Shown: piece by piece, positions 7,784 to 15,866 of the stretch
How positions within the stretch are numbered: position 1 is the stretch's first letter
Layout: each line of letters begins with the position of its first letter
From: Candidatus Saccharimonadota bacterium
Lineage (GTDB): Bacteria; Patescibacteriota; Saccharimonadia; Saccharimonadales; Saccharimonadaceae
DNA: 32,000 bases
Assembly (NCBI GenBank): GCA_025349965.1
Contig: CP075337.1
Span: 570,001-602,000 of the forward strand
Direction of reading: 5' to 3'
Made by a program: the position numbers and the translations under genes
The notes under the pieces: generated by a model
Databases searched by the model: none
What the model was told of the DNA's origin: nothing
The model's input: the letters and a program-made list of their open reading frames with translations, nothing else

Positions 7784-8470
7784 CTAGATTATTTGTTCAA
7801 CCGCAGCATGCTGTTCCGCTACCTGCGCGCACGCGCCAATCACCTCACCAATACCGCCAACCTGTACAAGCACTTTCAATGAGCGCGTACTCAAGAGCCG
7901 CAGTAGCTTGATATGATCACTCGCCAGCTCACCCTGCTCTACCATACGCAACCCCTTCTCAGATACATCATAGCGATACTGTGCGTCAGGAGATAATACG
8001 TCACCTCCAATGTCACGATTAACGTTCAGTTCATAGCCAAGGAGCGCGCTATAGTGAAGGTAGAACCACGCACGAATAAGCGCGAGAGGAACTGTTTTAA
8101 TATCAAGTGCCGCCAAAATCTCAGCCAGTAGATCAAACCACTCTGGCTCATCCACCGTCTCGCTCGCTCGTGCCACCAAGGCAATAGCTTGATAGCCAAA
8201 CTGGAGACGGTCGTACTCTTCTAGAATATGACGATAAAAATGAACAAGCTTTGCGGACGTAAGAATCCCTAGCTCACCCCTTCCTTCGCCGAGCACGACA
8301 TCACTCACCGCAAAAAGCTCAATCCCTCCGGCCAGTTTACTCTTCTCTTTGCGAACTCCGCGCGCCATCACTGCGCGTCGTCCCTCTGGAGTTATCAACT
8401 GTAAAATTCTATCCGCTTCACCGTAATTGGTGCGCCGAAGTACTATTGCCCTGGTGCGCTGTGTTTTCAT
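7784..8470 (-). CDS. recO: DNA repair protein RecO
   Basis: 228 aa. MKTQRTRAIVLRRTNYGEADRILQLITPEGRRAVMARGVRKEKSKL... is a canonical RecO OB-fold N-terminus. Its start overlaps the upstream stop as ATGA. Confidence 0.9.
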   Translation of the reverse strand: MKTQRTRAIVLRRTNYGEADRILQLITPEGRRAVMARGVRKEKSKLAGGIELFAVSDVVLGEGRGELGILTSAKLVHFYRHILEEYDRLQFGYQAIALVARASETVDEPEWFDLLAEILAALDIKTVPLALIRAWFYLHYSALLGYELNVNRDIGGDVLSPDAQYRYDVSEKGLRMVEQGELASDHIKLLRLLSTRSLKVLVQVGGIGEVIGACAQVAEQHAAVEQII

Positions 8471-8841
8471 CCTCCCAGTACCGCCTTTACGGCCACGGTA
8501 AGCGCATCGCTTTCCATCGTCGCCTTGTCAATGACGCGCCTTACGCCATATGTTTTAAGCTGCTCAGGTGTAAACTGCTCCGCAATACTGGTGCACAAAA
8601 TAACTGGCACCTCTCCAGTATCGTGATGGGATTGCAGCTCATTTAATAACGTAAATATTGTTGCGCCCGCCAGAAGAACATCAGCAATAATAATATCTGG
8701 CATCTTTGCATCGATAAGAGCAATCGCTTCGTGCGCATGTCGAGCAACCCGAACACTAAAACCCGCTTCGGCAAGTATCTCGCCTTGAAGCTGCGCCATC
8801 CAGTCGTCATCCTCTATAAGAAGTATTTTCTTTTTTATCAT
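8467..8841 (-). CDS. response regulator, receiver domain only
   Basis: 124 aa. ILLIEDDD acidic pocket, phospho-acceptor context PDIIIADVLL, ILCTS and a conserved Lys. No output domain. ATGA overlaps at both ends. Confidence 0.85.
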   Translation of the reverse strand: MIKKKILLIEDDDWMAQLQGEILAEAGFSVRVARHAHEAIALIDAKMPDIIIADVLLAGATIFTLLNELQSHHDTGEVPVILCTSIAEQFTPEQLKTYGVRRVIDKATMESDALTVAVKAVLGG

Positions 8842-9590
8842 GACAAGAAACTAAGCTGCGTCGAAGCCTGAAGGTCGACGTAGAACGTCGCCCCATCCTT
8901 ATGTCGCACCACTCCAATCTCGCCGTTCATTGCCTCAGCAAACTGCTGCGCCAACATTAGACCCAGTCCACTACTTTCAGGCCGGGCATGGACTGGTTGC
9001 GGCGCAAGTTTCATTTTCTTTTGCAGTGTCTTCCATAGATCACTCGAAAGCGCAGGGCCGTAGTCACGCACGCCCACGCGAACAACTCCAGCCTGCTTCA
9101 ATGCAGTAATCTGCATATGAACCGGAGAGCCCGGTTCGCTGTAGTGCAGTGCGTTATCGCTAAATCCGAGCAAAATACGACGGAGGAGGTCTCGGTTGGC
9201 AACGAGTAATAGTGGATGCTTCCGCTGGTGAACCTGAAGCGTTCTTCCGTGTGCCTCAAAAAGTGGCGCTAACTCAGTAGCTATATCGCGACACATCTGT
9301 TCAGGATTAATTGGCTCGAGCGTAAAGAGTGCTCCCTCTTCTATCCGGGCTGCTCGTGTAAGATTACTCGTCAAACGAAGACCGCGCTCAGTAGTCATCA
9401 CCGCCTGCTGGATGAGTCGTTGTTGCGCCGAAGAAACGTCAGACGAATCCAGCCGCAAAAGCTGCTGTCGCACCAACGCAAGCGGTGCTTTGAGCTCATG
9501 CGCCGCCGCAACAATAGCTGGCACGTGTTCGCCGTGTGTCCCCTCCTGATTCATACCTCCAGTGTACCACCCAAAGAGGCCTTCAAGCAA
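8838..9590 (-). CDS. histidine kinase core (HisKA + HATPase_c) without TM or sensor domain
   Basis: 250 aa from TTG 9590 (alternative ATG 9554). H-box AAAHELKAPL, N-box FSDNALHYS, G-boxes VRDYGP and SSGLGL. Only about 20-30 aa precede the H-box. Confidence 0.85.
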   Translation of the reverse strand: MLEGLFGWYTGGMNQEGTHGEHVPAIVAAAHELKAPLALVRQQLLRLDSSDVSSAQQRLIQQAVMTTERGLRLTSNLTRAARIEEGALFTLEPINPEQMCRDIATELAPLFEAHGRTLQVHQRKHPLLLVANRDLLRRILLGFSDNALHYSEPGSPVHMQITALKQAGVVRVGVRDYGPALSSDLWKTLQKKMKLAPQPVHARPESSGLGLMLAQQFAEAMNGEIGVVRHKDGATFYVDLQASTQLSFLS

Positions 9591-9604
9591 AGATAAGCAG
9601 TGTG

Positions 9605-10486
9605 TTACTTATTGAATGTAATGGTCTTAATAAGCGCGTCAAAATCACCCTTGAACACTTCTGCGTCAGTCTGGATTGAAACTGTTTTATCGCGAATCTT
9701 AAAGATAACTGCAGAGCCGCGAATATCTTTAGTAAACTGGCCATCAAGACGGGTACCGTTTTGCTCGTCCGCTTTTACTGCAGAAGATTTGAGGTCGCCC
9801 TTCTTTACTTTTTCTTTGTAAGAGTCAATTACTTTATCGTAATCTTTTTCTTCAATCAGCACACGAAGCGCATACTGCTGACCGTTCGTAGAAACCGGTG
9901 GAACCACAACAGGGTTGAGATACGCTGCGTAGGTGCCACCTTTGAGCGCATCCTTATCAACATATGTACTCCAGGTCTTTGGATAGTTAAACGAAAGACG
10001 TCCATAGTCATCCGGCCCAACAAACAAGCGGTTTGGTTGCTTTTCTTTCTCTAAGAAGTCCGCCGCGTCTTTGTCTGCCTGCTTTTTCACTGCTTCAGTT
10101 ACCGCTGCAGTTACCTTGCTATCAACATTATCTCGCTGATCTATATATTGAAGCATTGACCAAACAAATGCGCCAGCCAGCCCGAGCGCAATCACAATAA
10201 GAATAATTGAGATAATCATCCAAAGCTTTGATGGTTTTGGAGGGACTGTATAGAGAGTGTTTACATTTGGCTGCGCAGCTGGCTGAGGCGCCAAAGGCGC
10301 AGACTGCTGTTGTGGAAATGGCGCAGGTGTAGAGACAGGCATTTGTTGCATACCGGGCGCTGCGTCATAGATAGGACCATTTGGAGCCTGAGGCTGAATA
10401 CTAGGCCGAGCAGGATTTGGTTGAGCACCAAAAGACTGCGGCTGACCGCTCCCCTGTGGCTGCTGAAATGGATCATGAGGATTCAT
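9605..10486 (-). CDS. single-pass membrane protein with Pro/Gln-rich N-terminus
   Basis: 293 aa. About 85 aa of P/Q-rich low complexity is followed by one TM helix (LWMIISIILIVIALGLAGAFVW) and then a roughly 180-aa C-terminal domain of unknown function on the other side of the membrane. Its stop lies 14 nt before the kinase ORF. Confidence 0.75.
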   Translation of the reverse strand: MNPHDPFQQPQGSGQPQSFGAQPNPARPSIQPQAPNGPIYDAAPGMQQMPVSTPAPFPQQQSAPLAPQPAAQPNVNTLYTVPPKPSKLWMIISIILIVIALGLAGAFVWSMLQYIDQRDNVDSKVTAAVTEAVKKQADKDAADFLEKEKQPNRLFVGPDDYGRLSFNYPKTWSTYVDKDALKGGTYAAYLNPVVVPPVSTNGQQYALRVLIEEKDYDKVIDSYKEKVKKGDLKSSAVKADEQNGTRLDGQFTKDIRGSAVIFKIRDKTVSIQTDAEVFKGDFDALIKTITFNK

Positions 10487-10535
10487 ACTGGGGCTTATTA
10501 TACGTGATGCTTATGCTTACTGTAAAGAGACAGTG

Positions 10536-10757
10536 CTATGCGTCGAAGCGCTGTTTAATAACAGTGATTTCATTTTTTAGTTCAGACAGGTCTTTTTCAA
10601 TCTTGCCCGCAAGTGCTTCAGCTTTTTTGTAGGTATCAACCGCCGCTTCAAGTGAAAAATCATCACTCTGAAACCAAGCAATCATCTCTGATAATTGCGT
10701 CATTTCCTGCTGGATTGTTGTGTTGTCATTTTCCTGAACATCTTTTTTACTCATCAT
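10536..10757 (-). CDS. xseB: exodeoxyribonuclease VII small subunit
   Basis: 73 aa. ...LSEMIAWFQSDDFSLEAAVDTYKKAEALAGKIEKDL... is the typical XseB helical hairpin. ATGA overlap with xseA. Confidence 0.88.
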   Translation of the reverse strand: MMSKKDVQENDNTTIQQEMTQLSEMIAWFQSDDFSLEAAVDTYKKAEALAGKIEKDLSELKNEITVIKQRFDA

Positions 10758-11854
10758 GCCGCTCCTTTGTCTTTCGCGCTCGTTATTTCTGCTTCAATAT
10801 ACTTCGTACTGGTCTCAATTTGTATTCGCTCACCCACTTCAGTTTTGCCACGCAGGATCGCATAGCCCTGCCGAAGCACCGCCGCCGGGTTCACTTGTTC
10901 AATTGCGAGCTTGAGTGCGCCAAGCTGACTCGTTGTCCGCTCAAGCTCATGCTCTATACTTCGATACGCATGGCGAAGCGCCTCCCTATTTCGAGCCACT
11001 GCCTCGTCAACGCGTTGCATCATCGTAGCCCCAAGATGCACCACGCGCTGCCGGACATCACGAATCATTTCTTGTTTATCTGGTACGACAATCTTAGCGG
11101 CATCAGTAGGTGTTGCGGCACGTACATCCGCCACCATATCAGCAAGTGTATGATCAATCTCATGCCCCACGCCAACCAGTGTTGGAATACGGCTCGCCGC
11201 TACCGCCCGTGCAAGCAGTTCATCATTAAAGGCCATCAAATCTTCAGCCGCACCACCTCCACGAATAATCACCAGCACTTCGGGCAGGTCTTCCAGTTCA
11301 TTCATGTAGTTAATAGCGCGAATCATTTGGTCTGCCGCCGGGTCGCCCTGCACCTGTGTATGTGCCACGGTTACCTTAAGTCCACCCCAACGTTGATTTA
11401 AAATAGTGCAAAAATCCGCATACGCCGCAGATTCAGTGCTTGTAATCACCCCGATATGTGCCGGTGTCCGCGGCAAGAGGCGCTTTCGCTCTGGCGCAAA
11501 CAATCCCTCTTTTTCTAGCTTTTCCTTTAGTAGCTCAAAACCCTTCTTGATAGACCCTTCACCTACAGGCTTTACTACACGAATATTCAGGTTAAAATAC
11601 CCCTTTGGGTTAAGCCGAGGATTTGCTTGCACCATCACCTTCATGCCATCCTCAAGTGGAATGCGCAGTTGATATACCGACATAAAACAGTTCACCACCG
11701 CGCCAGCATCCTTTAGCTTAAAGCTTACCCACTTTCCCTGGCTCACCTTAAACTCAGCTACCTCACCCACCACTGTCACAACCGGGTAGGCGTACTCAAG
11801 CGACTGGTTGACCAGCGCAACAAAATCACTAACGCTTAACTGTATGTTTTCCAT
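10754..11854 (-). CDS. xseA: exodeoxyribonuclease VII large subunit
   Basis: 366 aa. N-terminal OB fold (SVSDFVALVNQSLEYAYPVVTVVGEVAEFK) and a catalytic region (IGVITSTESAAYADF, IIRGGGAAEDL). Confidence 0.9.
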   Translation of the reverse strand: MENIQLSVSDFVALVNQSLEYAYPVVTVVGEVAEFKVSQGKWVSFKLKDAGAVVNCFMSVYQLRIPLEDGMKVMVQANPRLNPKGYFNLNIRVVKPVGEGSIKKGFELLKEKLEKEGLFAPERKRLLPRTPAHIGVITSTESAAYADFCTILNQRWGGLKVTVAHTQVQGDPAADQMIRAINYMNELEDLPEVLVIIRGGGAAEDLMAFNDELLARAVAASRIPTLVGVGHEIDHTLADMVADVRAATPTDAAKIVVPDKQEMIRDVRQRVVHLGATMMQRVDEAVARNREALRHAYRSIEHELERTTSQLGALKLAIEQVNPAAVLRQGYAILRGKTEVGERIQIETSTKYIEAEITSAKDKGAA

Positions 11855-12875
11855 GCGTTGAAAGAGTTAGCTGGTAGAAGAAATAGCCAAAGACAATTGT
11901 TCCGGCAAGGAGCGTAACACGTGCTAGCAATGTTCCCGCAATCGCCACATCCGGTGTCACACCGCTCGCTGCAAGGAACATAACCATGACTGTTTCGTAC
12001 ACACCGGCACCACCAGGAGTTACAGAGATTGCACTTAGGATAGACGCCACGCCAAAAGCGATAAAGAGCAGTGCTGGATCAAGCGGGAAGCCAAGCGCCC
12101 AAAATGCAATCCAGATCAACGCAACGTCAAGAATATTCGCAATCAATGCCCAGATAAATGGTATGATCAAAATCTTCCTATCCTTCTGAAGTCCGACGTA
12201 ATCATCGTGCAGCCCTTCGAAGAAGTGAACAATTATTTTAGACTTTACGAGGTTTTTCTTCTTACCCGCAGTAAAGAAGCTGATAATACCGTTCACTTTG
12301 CGCGTAAGCCACTTTGAAAAACGTGTTAAACGAGGCCGGCTCCGCACCATCCATATCACTAAAAGTGTCGCACCTACCGCAAGTATCGTTAGTGTAATCG
12401 CAATAAATACCATGGTCTTGTCAGCTTGATGGTTTAGCCCAAGCACTAAAAGTGCAACAAGCAGCAACACTACAAAACTAATAAAGGTTAGCGTAAACCG
12501 AAGAATTTGCGCCATAGTTGAGCGTGCCGGTGACACCCCATAGCGGTTGAGTACCCACGCAAGATACGAAAAGCCCGCCGCTCCCCCACTTGGTAAGATG
12601 TGGTTCACGAAATTAAGCTCGAGCGCCAAACGAGTCGTGCCCCAGTGCGACATCTGCTTAATCTCTCCTTTAGCGCGAAGATACGAGAAAATCATACCAC
12701 CGGTTGCGTAGTAGCTAAAGAATTGCACCGGAATGAGGAGCGCCAGGATCCATAGATCCACTCTCCCCATAAGCCCCCACGCCTTCTGAATTTCAGGCCA
12801 CGCAGCAAAGATAACCACTGTTAAGAGTACGAGTGTAACGAGAGTAAGCCAGCCGCGAAAGGAAAGTTTCTTCAT
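11829..12875 (-). CDS. integral membrane protein, lysyl-phosphatidylglycerol-synthase-TM/flippase-like (UPF0104) family
   Basis: 348 aa, about 8 TM helices. The overall pattern resembles PF03706-type proteins. The family call is from memory. It overlaps the xseA start by 26 nt. Confidence 0.6.
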   Translation of the reverse strand: MKKLSFRGWLTLVTLVLLTVVIFAAWPEIQKAWGLMGRVDLWILALLIPVQFFSYYATGGMIFSYLRAKGEIKQMSHWGTTRLALELNFVNHILPSGGAAGFSYLAWVLNRYGVSPARSTMAQILRFTLTFISFVVLLLVALLVLGLNHQADKTMVFIAITLTILAVGATLLVIWMVRSRPRLTRFSKWLTRKVNGIISFFTAGKKKNLVKSKIIVHFFEGLHDDYVGLQKDRKILIIPFIWALIANILDVALIWIAFWALGFPLDPALLFIAFGVASILSAISVTPGGAGVYETVMVMFLAASGVTPDVAIAGTLLARVTLLAGTIVFGYFFYQLTLSTHGKHTVKR

Positions 12876-12881
12876 GGTTTT

Positions 12882-12911
12882 AGTATAGCACGAGGAAATG
12901 AGTGAAATAGG
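12882..12911 (-). repeat. 30-bp exact repeat, copy 1 (promoter module CCTATTTCACTCATTTCCTCGTGCTATACT)
   Basis: Identical to 18545-18574. It contains the extended -10 TGCTATACT (12882-12890), 6 nt from ATG 12875. It abuts the pilin stop codon at 12912. Confidence 0.9.
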
Positions 12912-14045
12912 TTAATTTAAGAGACAGCGAACCCCAAGCCCGTAGTACCGGAAGTAACCATAAGCCGGGTCGACGTTACTAACATTAAAGTACGCGTAAT
13001 GGGCAAAATTGGCACCAGAGGCATGAGCAGACCTAGACCACAAGAGGCCGTTACTGGACTGGGAGTTAAAGGAGCCGCCGTACCAGAGCCCAGAAAGCAC
13101 CCCCTTAAAAGGGCCGGCGAACTGCCAGTTTTGGTAGAAGCCAGTACCGCCAGAGATAGAGCCGGCCGTAGCACTAGGGTTGTTCATCTTAGCGTTAAGC
13201 ATGGCGAATTCACCAACACCACCCGTACCGCTGGTTGGTAGTCGCCAGTTAACAGGGCAAATTGAATATGGAGTATCCCCGCTGCCGGCCGGTTTGGTCG
13301 TGCGGGTTTCCCCGGCCGTAGCAGCCGACCAGTTGTATAGATAGCCATAGTTAGCAGAACCAGAACCAGTGTCACCTGGGACTGGTCCGTAAGCATATGG
13401 CGTATCGTAGTTGTTGCCAGGGTTGGTTGTTATATCCCAGATAAGACCAGCGCTCTTTACTTGTGGCAGAGTGAAGTTACTAGCTACATTACTATCTGCC
13501 GGAGTAAGTGTAATCGCACCTGTAGTTGAGCCGAGCCTGAGGTTAGTTATCATCCAGCAGTTGTTATCCGCCAGCTTAGCCACTTCGTAGGTTTGAGTTA
13601 CACCTCCGCGACTATCGGTAAGTGTTTTGATTGCTGCTGGGTTAGAGCCGGTGTAGATATCTGCAGCAGCGCAATGAGCTGAAGTAAATTGCTGCATAGT
13701 GGTAGCGACCGGAAGTGCACAACTACCCTCTTGAATTGAACCCACCTCAGTAATACGAAAATCTTTACCATTGGCAGTTCCAAACACACAAAAAGCATTT
13801 CCACCACTCGAATAAGTCAAACCAGCTGGAATAAAATCAGGACTAACTGGAAAAGTACCATCGCCATTTATTTTTGCGATTTGAAGTTTTTTGGCAGTGG
13901 TAGATAAATCGCTTTTTAGAGCAGACGTCTCCGCATCATTAGTAATGCCATTATATGCAACAATCGTAATCGCAGCCAAAATAGCAATCACTACAACAAC
14001 AATCAATAATTCTACTATTGTGAAGCCTTGTTTTGTTGTTTTCAT
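12912..14045 (-). CDS. type IV pilin-like protein fused to a FISUMP (Fibrobacter succinogenes major paralogous) domain
   Basis: 377 aa. Prepilin signal MKTTKQG|FTIVELLIVVVVIAILAAITIVAYNG (Gly-1, Phe+1, Glu+5). The C-terminal half carries FISUMP hallmarks: TYEVAKLADNNCWMITNL, YGYLYNWSAA, ICPVNWRLPTSG, EFAML, LWSRS, GLGVRCLL. GGGGG Shine-Dalgarno 4 nt before the ATG. Confidence 0.85.
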   Translation of the reverse strand: MKTTKQGFTIVELLIVVVVIAILAAITIVAYNGITNDAETSALKSDLSTTAKKLQIAKINGDGTFPVSPDFIPAGLTYSSGGNAFCVFGTANGKDFRITEVGSIQEGSCALPVATTMQQFTSAHCAAADIYTGSNPAAIKTLTDSRGGVTQTYEVAKLADNNCWMITNLRLGSTTGAITLTPADSNVASNFTLPQVKSAGLIWDITTNPGNNYDTPYAYGPVPGDTGSGSANYGYLYNWSAATAGETRTTKPAGSGDTPYSICPVNWRLPTSGTGGVGEFAMLNAKMNNPSATAGSISGGTGFYQNWQFAGPFKGVLSGLWYGGSFNSQSSNGLLWSRSAHASGANFAHYAYFNVSNVDPAYGYFRYYGLGVRCLLN

Positions 14046-14088
14046 ACTACCCCCTAGCTGCTTGTCGGTTTACACCGTCTTTGCCTAG

Positions 14089-14097
14089 ATTATAGCA
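14089..14097 (-). promoter_or_regulatory. extended -10 TGCTATAAT of the pilin-FISUMP gene
   Basis: Plus strand attatagca. A roughly 35-nt leader ends in the GGGGG Shine-Dalgarno (14050-14054). Confidence 0.6.
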
Positions 14098-14125
14098 TAG
14101 GCAGTAAAGCGGATATTCCACCCCA

Positions 14126-14134
14126 TGATATACT
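14126..14134 (+). promoter_or_regulatory. extended -10 TGaTATACT, 6 nt before the methyltransferase start
   Basis: TG at 14126-14127, TATACT at 14129-14134, ATG at 14141. Confidence 0.55.
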
Positions 14135-14140
14135 CAATAT

Positions 14141-15355
14141 ATGTATATTGCCCTTTTAGGCCGCCAGCCAGAACTCTCAATCGCCGAGCTTGAGCGTGTA
14201 TTCTTAAATACTCGCTGGTTCTCGTCACAGGCGGCATTGTTTGACTCACCAACCCCGCCAAATATTCAACGCCTCGGCGGGAGCCAAAAACTTGGGCGTG
14301 TCATTGCTACCGTGCAGAGCGCCGACTGGAAACAGGCAGAAAAGAAGCTCATCACGCATTATAAAAAGGCGTGGGCAAAGCACGATGGTAAGATCACCCT
14401 CGGTCTCAGCGCCTACGGCTTCACTGGGACTCCAAACGCCCGTGATCTTCAAAAAACTGGCCTCATTATTAAATCTTCGTTAAAAAAGAGTGGCGTGAGT
14501 CTGCGTCTCATCCCAAATCAAGAAGTTGCACTCAGTACCGCAACCTCTCACCACAACAAGCTCGGCCTCACAAACAATAAGGTTGAACTCCTTATTGTTA
14601 AAGGCAAGGGAACAATCATCATTGCCGAGAGTCTCGGTGCGCAAAACATCACCGCCCTCGCCGCGCGCGATCAAGGTCGCCCAAAGCGCGACGCCTTCGT
14701 TGGCATGCTTCCACCAAAACTAGCACAAATGCTTATCAACATAGCAGCCGGCAGCAAAGAAACCGAGCCAACGCTCCACAGTGGCAACGGCCTGCAAATC
14801 CTCGACCCCTTCTGCGGCACCGGCGTCCTTCTTCAAGAAGCCTCACTGCTTGGCTACGACGCATACGGTACTGACCTTGCGGATAAAATGATCTCTTACA
14901 CAGAGGCTAACCTCGATTGGCTCGAAAAAACACACCACACCACCACGGCTCGTCACATTCACCAGGGTGATGCCATGGATACTGTGTGGGATTTCTCAAA
15001 ACCAACCGCCATCGCCGCTGAAGGCTACCTCGGCCAACCTTTCAGCGCCCCACCAAGCCCAACAAAACTTAAAGAAGTTCAGGGAAACTGCAACCATATT
15101 ATTGGCAACTTCCTTAAAAACCTCAGCGCGCAAGTGCCCACCGGAACTCCCGTCGCCCTTGCCGTCCCTGCATGGCGCAGCAAAGATCTATCGCCCTACG
15201 GCAACCAAATGTTCACTCACCTTCCACTCGTCGATGAACCAGAACGTTACGGCTTCACGCGAATCGAACTCACCAACGCCACACCAGAGCAACTCCTCTA
15301 CTTCCGTCCAGATCAAGTAGTTGCACGCGAGATACTCCTTCTTCGCAAGGCGTAG
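14141..15355 (+). CDS. SAM-dependent methyltransferase (UPF0020/Trm11-like architecture)
   Basis: 404 aa. Roughly 200-aa N-terminal domain, then motif I ILDPFCGTGVLLQEA, acidic motif II YGTDL, and IHQGDAMD. The position expected for (D/N)PPY reads AAEGYLGQPF. Confidence 0.7.
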   Translation: MYIALLGRQPELSIAELERVFLNTRWFSSQAALFDSPTPPNIQRLGGSQKLGRVIATVQSADWKQAEKKLITHYKKAWAKHDGKITLGLSAYGFTGTPNARDLQKTGLIIKSSLKKSGVSLRLIPNQEVALSTATSHHNKLGLTNNKVELLIVKGKGTIIIAESLGAQNITALAARDQGRPKRDAFVGMLPPKLAQMLINIAAGSKETEPTLHSGNGLQILDPFCGTGVLLQEASLLGYDAYGTDLADKMISYTEANLDWLEKTHHTTTARHIHQGDAMDTVWDFSKPTAIAAEGYLGQPFSAPPSPTKLKEVQGNCNHIIGNFLKNLSAQVPTGTPVALAVPAWRSKDLSPYGNQMFTHLPLVDEPERYGFTRIELTNATPEQLLYFRPDQVVAREILLLRKA

Positions 15356-15365
15356 CCCTCACCCC

Positions 15366-15394
15366 TTGACGCGACCCCTCTTTTCCTGTAAAAT
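15366..15394 (+). promoter_or_regulatory. rpmA promoter
   Basis: TTGACG (15366-15371), 17-nt spacer, TAAAAT (15389-15394), preceded by TG. Confidence 0.65.
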
Positions 15395-15548
15395 AAGGCA
15401 GATTATTGAGCATCGGGTCTGTGGCAACAAGGTCCGCAGGTGCACCAAAGTGAATAGGTCAGATGGCAAGTGAGCCGCCCCCTATTCAGCCAGTCTCAAC
15501 GCTGGTCGCACACCCTAAACGTCGAATTGCTCATGTAAGGAGTCATAC
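15395..15548 (+). promoter_or_regulatory. long structured 5' leader of rpmA (candidate cis-regulatory RNA)
   Basis: About 150 nt lie between the predicted -10 and the ATG, in a genome where most leaders are 0-10 nt. Helices found by eye: tgaatagg/cctattca (15451-15458 with 15481-15488); gggtctgtggc with gctggtcgcaccc-side pairing (15415-15425 with 15505-15515, 10 of 11 positions paired including 2 G-U); and tgagca/tgctca (about 15407-15412 with about 15528-15533), next to the Shine-Dalgarno. Confidence 0.4.
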
Positions 15549-15821
15549 ATGTCAAAAGTTAAAGCAGGTGGATCAAGTAAAAATATCCACAATAATGCCG
15601 GCGCTCGCCTTGGTGTAAAGCGTTTCGGTGGCCAAAAAGTACGCGAAGGCGAAGTACTCGTGCGTCAAACTGGTAGCACAAAGATTGCTGGTCCTGGTAC
15701 ATTTATCAGCCGCAACTACACAATCCACGCCGCAAAAGACGGTGTCGTAGCATTCCAAAAGGTTCGCAAGACACACTTTACAGGCAAGACCGTGCCTCGC
15801 ACACAAGTAAGCGTTATTTAA
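15549..15821 (+). CDS. rpmA: 50S ribosomal protein L27
   Basis: 90 aa. MSKVKAGGSSKNIHNNAGARLGVKRFGGQKVREGEVLVRQTGSTK... AAGGAG Shine-Dalgarno at 15537-15542, 6 nt before the ATG. Confidence 0.95.
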   Translation: MSKVKAGGSSKNIHNNAGARLGVKRFGGQKVREGEVLVRQTGSTKIAGPGTFISRNYTIHAAKDGVVAFQKVRKTHFTGKTVPRTQVSVI

Positions 15822-15839
15822 TTACCCGCTACAAAATAA

Positions 15840-15866
15840 AACCTCCCAGTTATGGGAGGTTTTTTG
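15840..15866. terminator. bidirectional rho-independent terminator (rpmA / convergent hypothetical gene)
   Basis: aacctccca-gtta-tgggaggtt, followed by a T-run on the plus strand and TTTTATTTT on the minus strand. Confidence 0.8.

Noticed and set aside
10613-11401. 262-aa plus-strand ORF
   Set aside because: It is antisense to xseA/xseB. The sequence is Cys/His/Leu-rich nonsense-like, and it has no RBS or promoter.
15400-15520. Possible SRP RNA, tRNA or other known small RNA in the rpmA upstream gap
   Set aside because: An AGGUCAG string resembles part of the SRP domain IV. However, I find no GNRA tetraloop or AGCA motif in the right register, no tRNA T-loop (GGTTCGA-type), and no terminator before rpmA. 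I kept it only as an unclassified structured leader.
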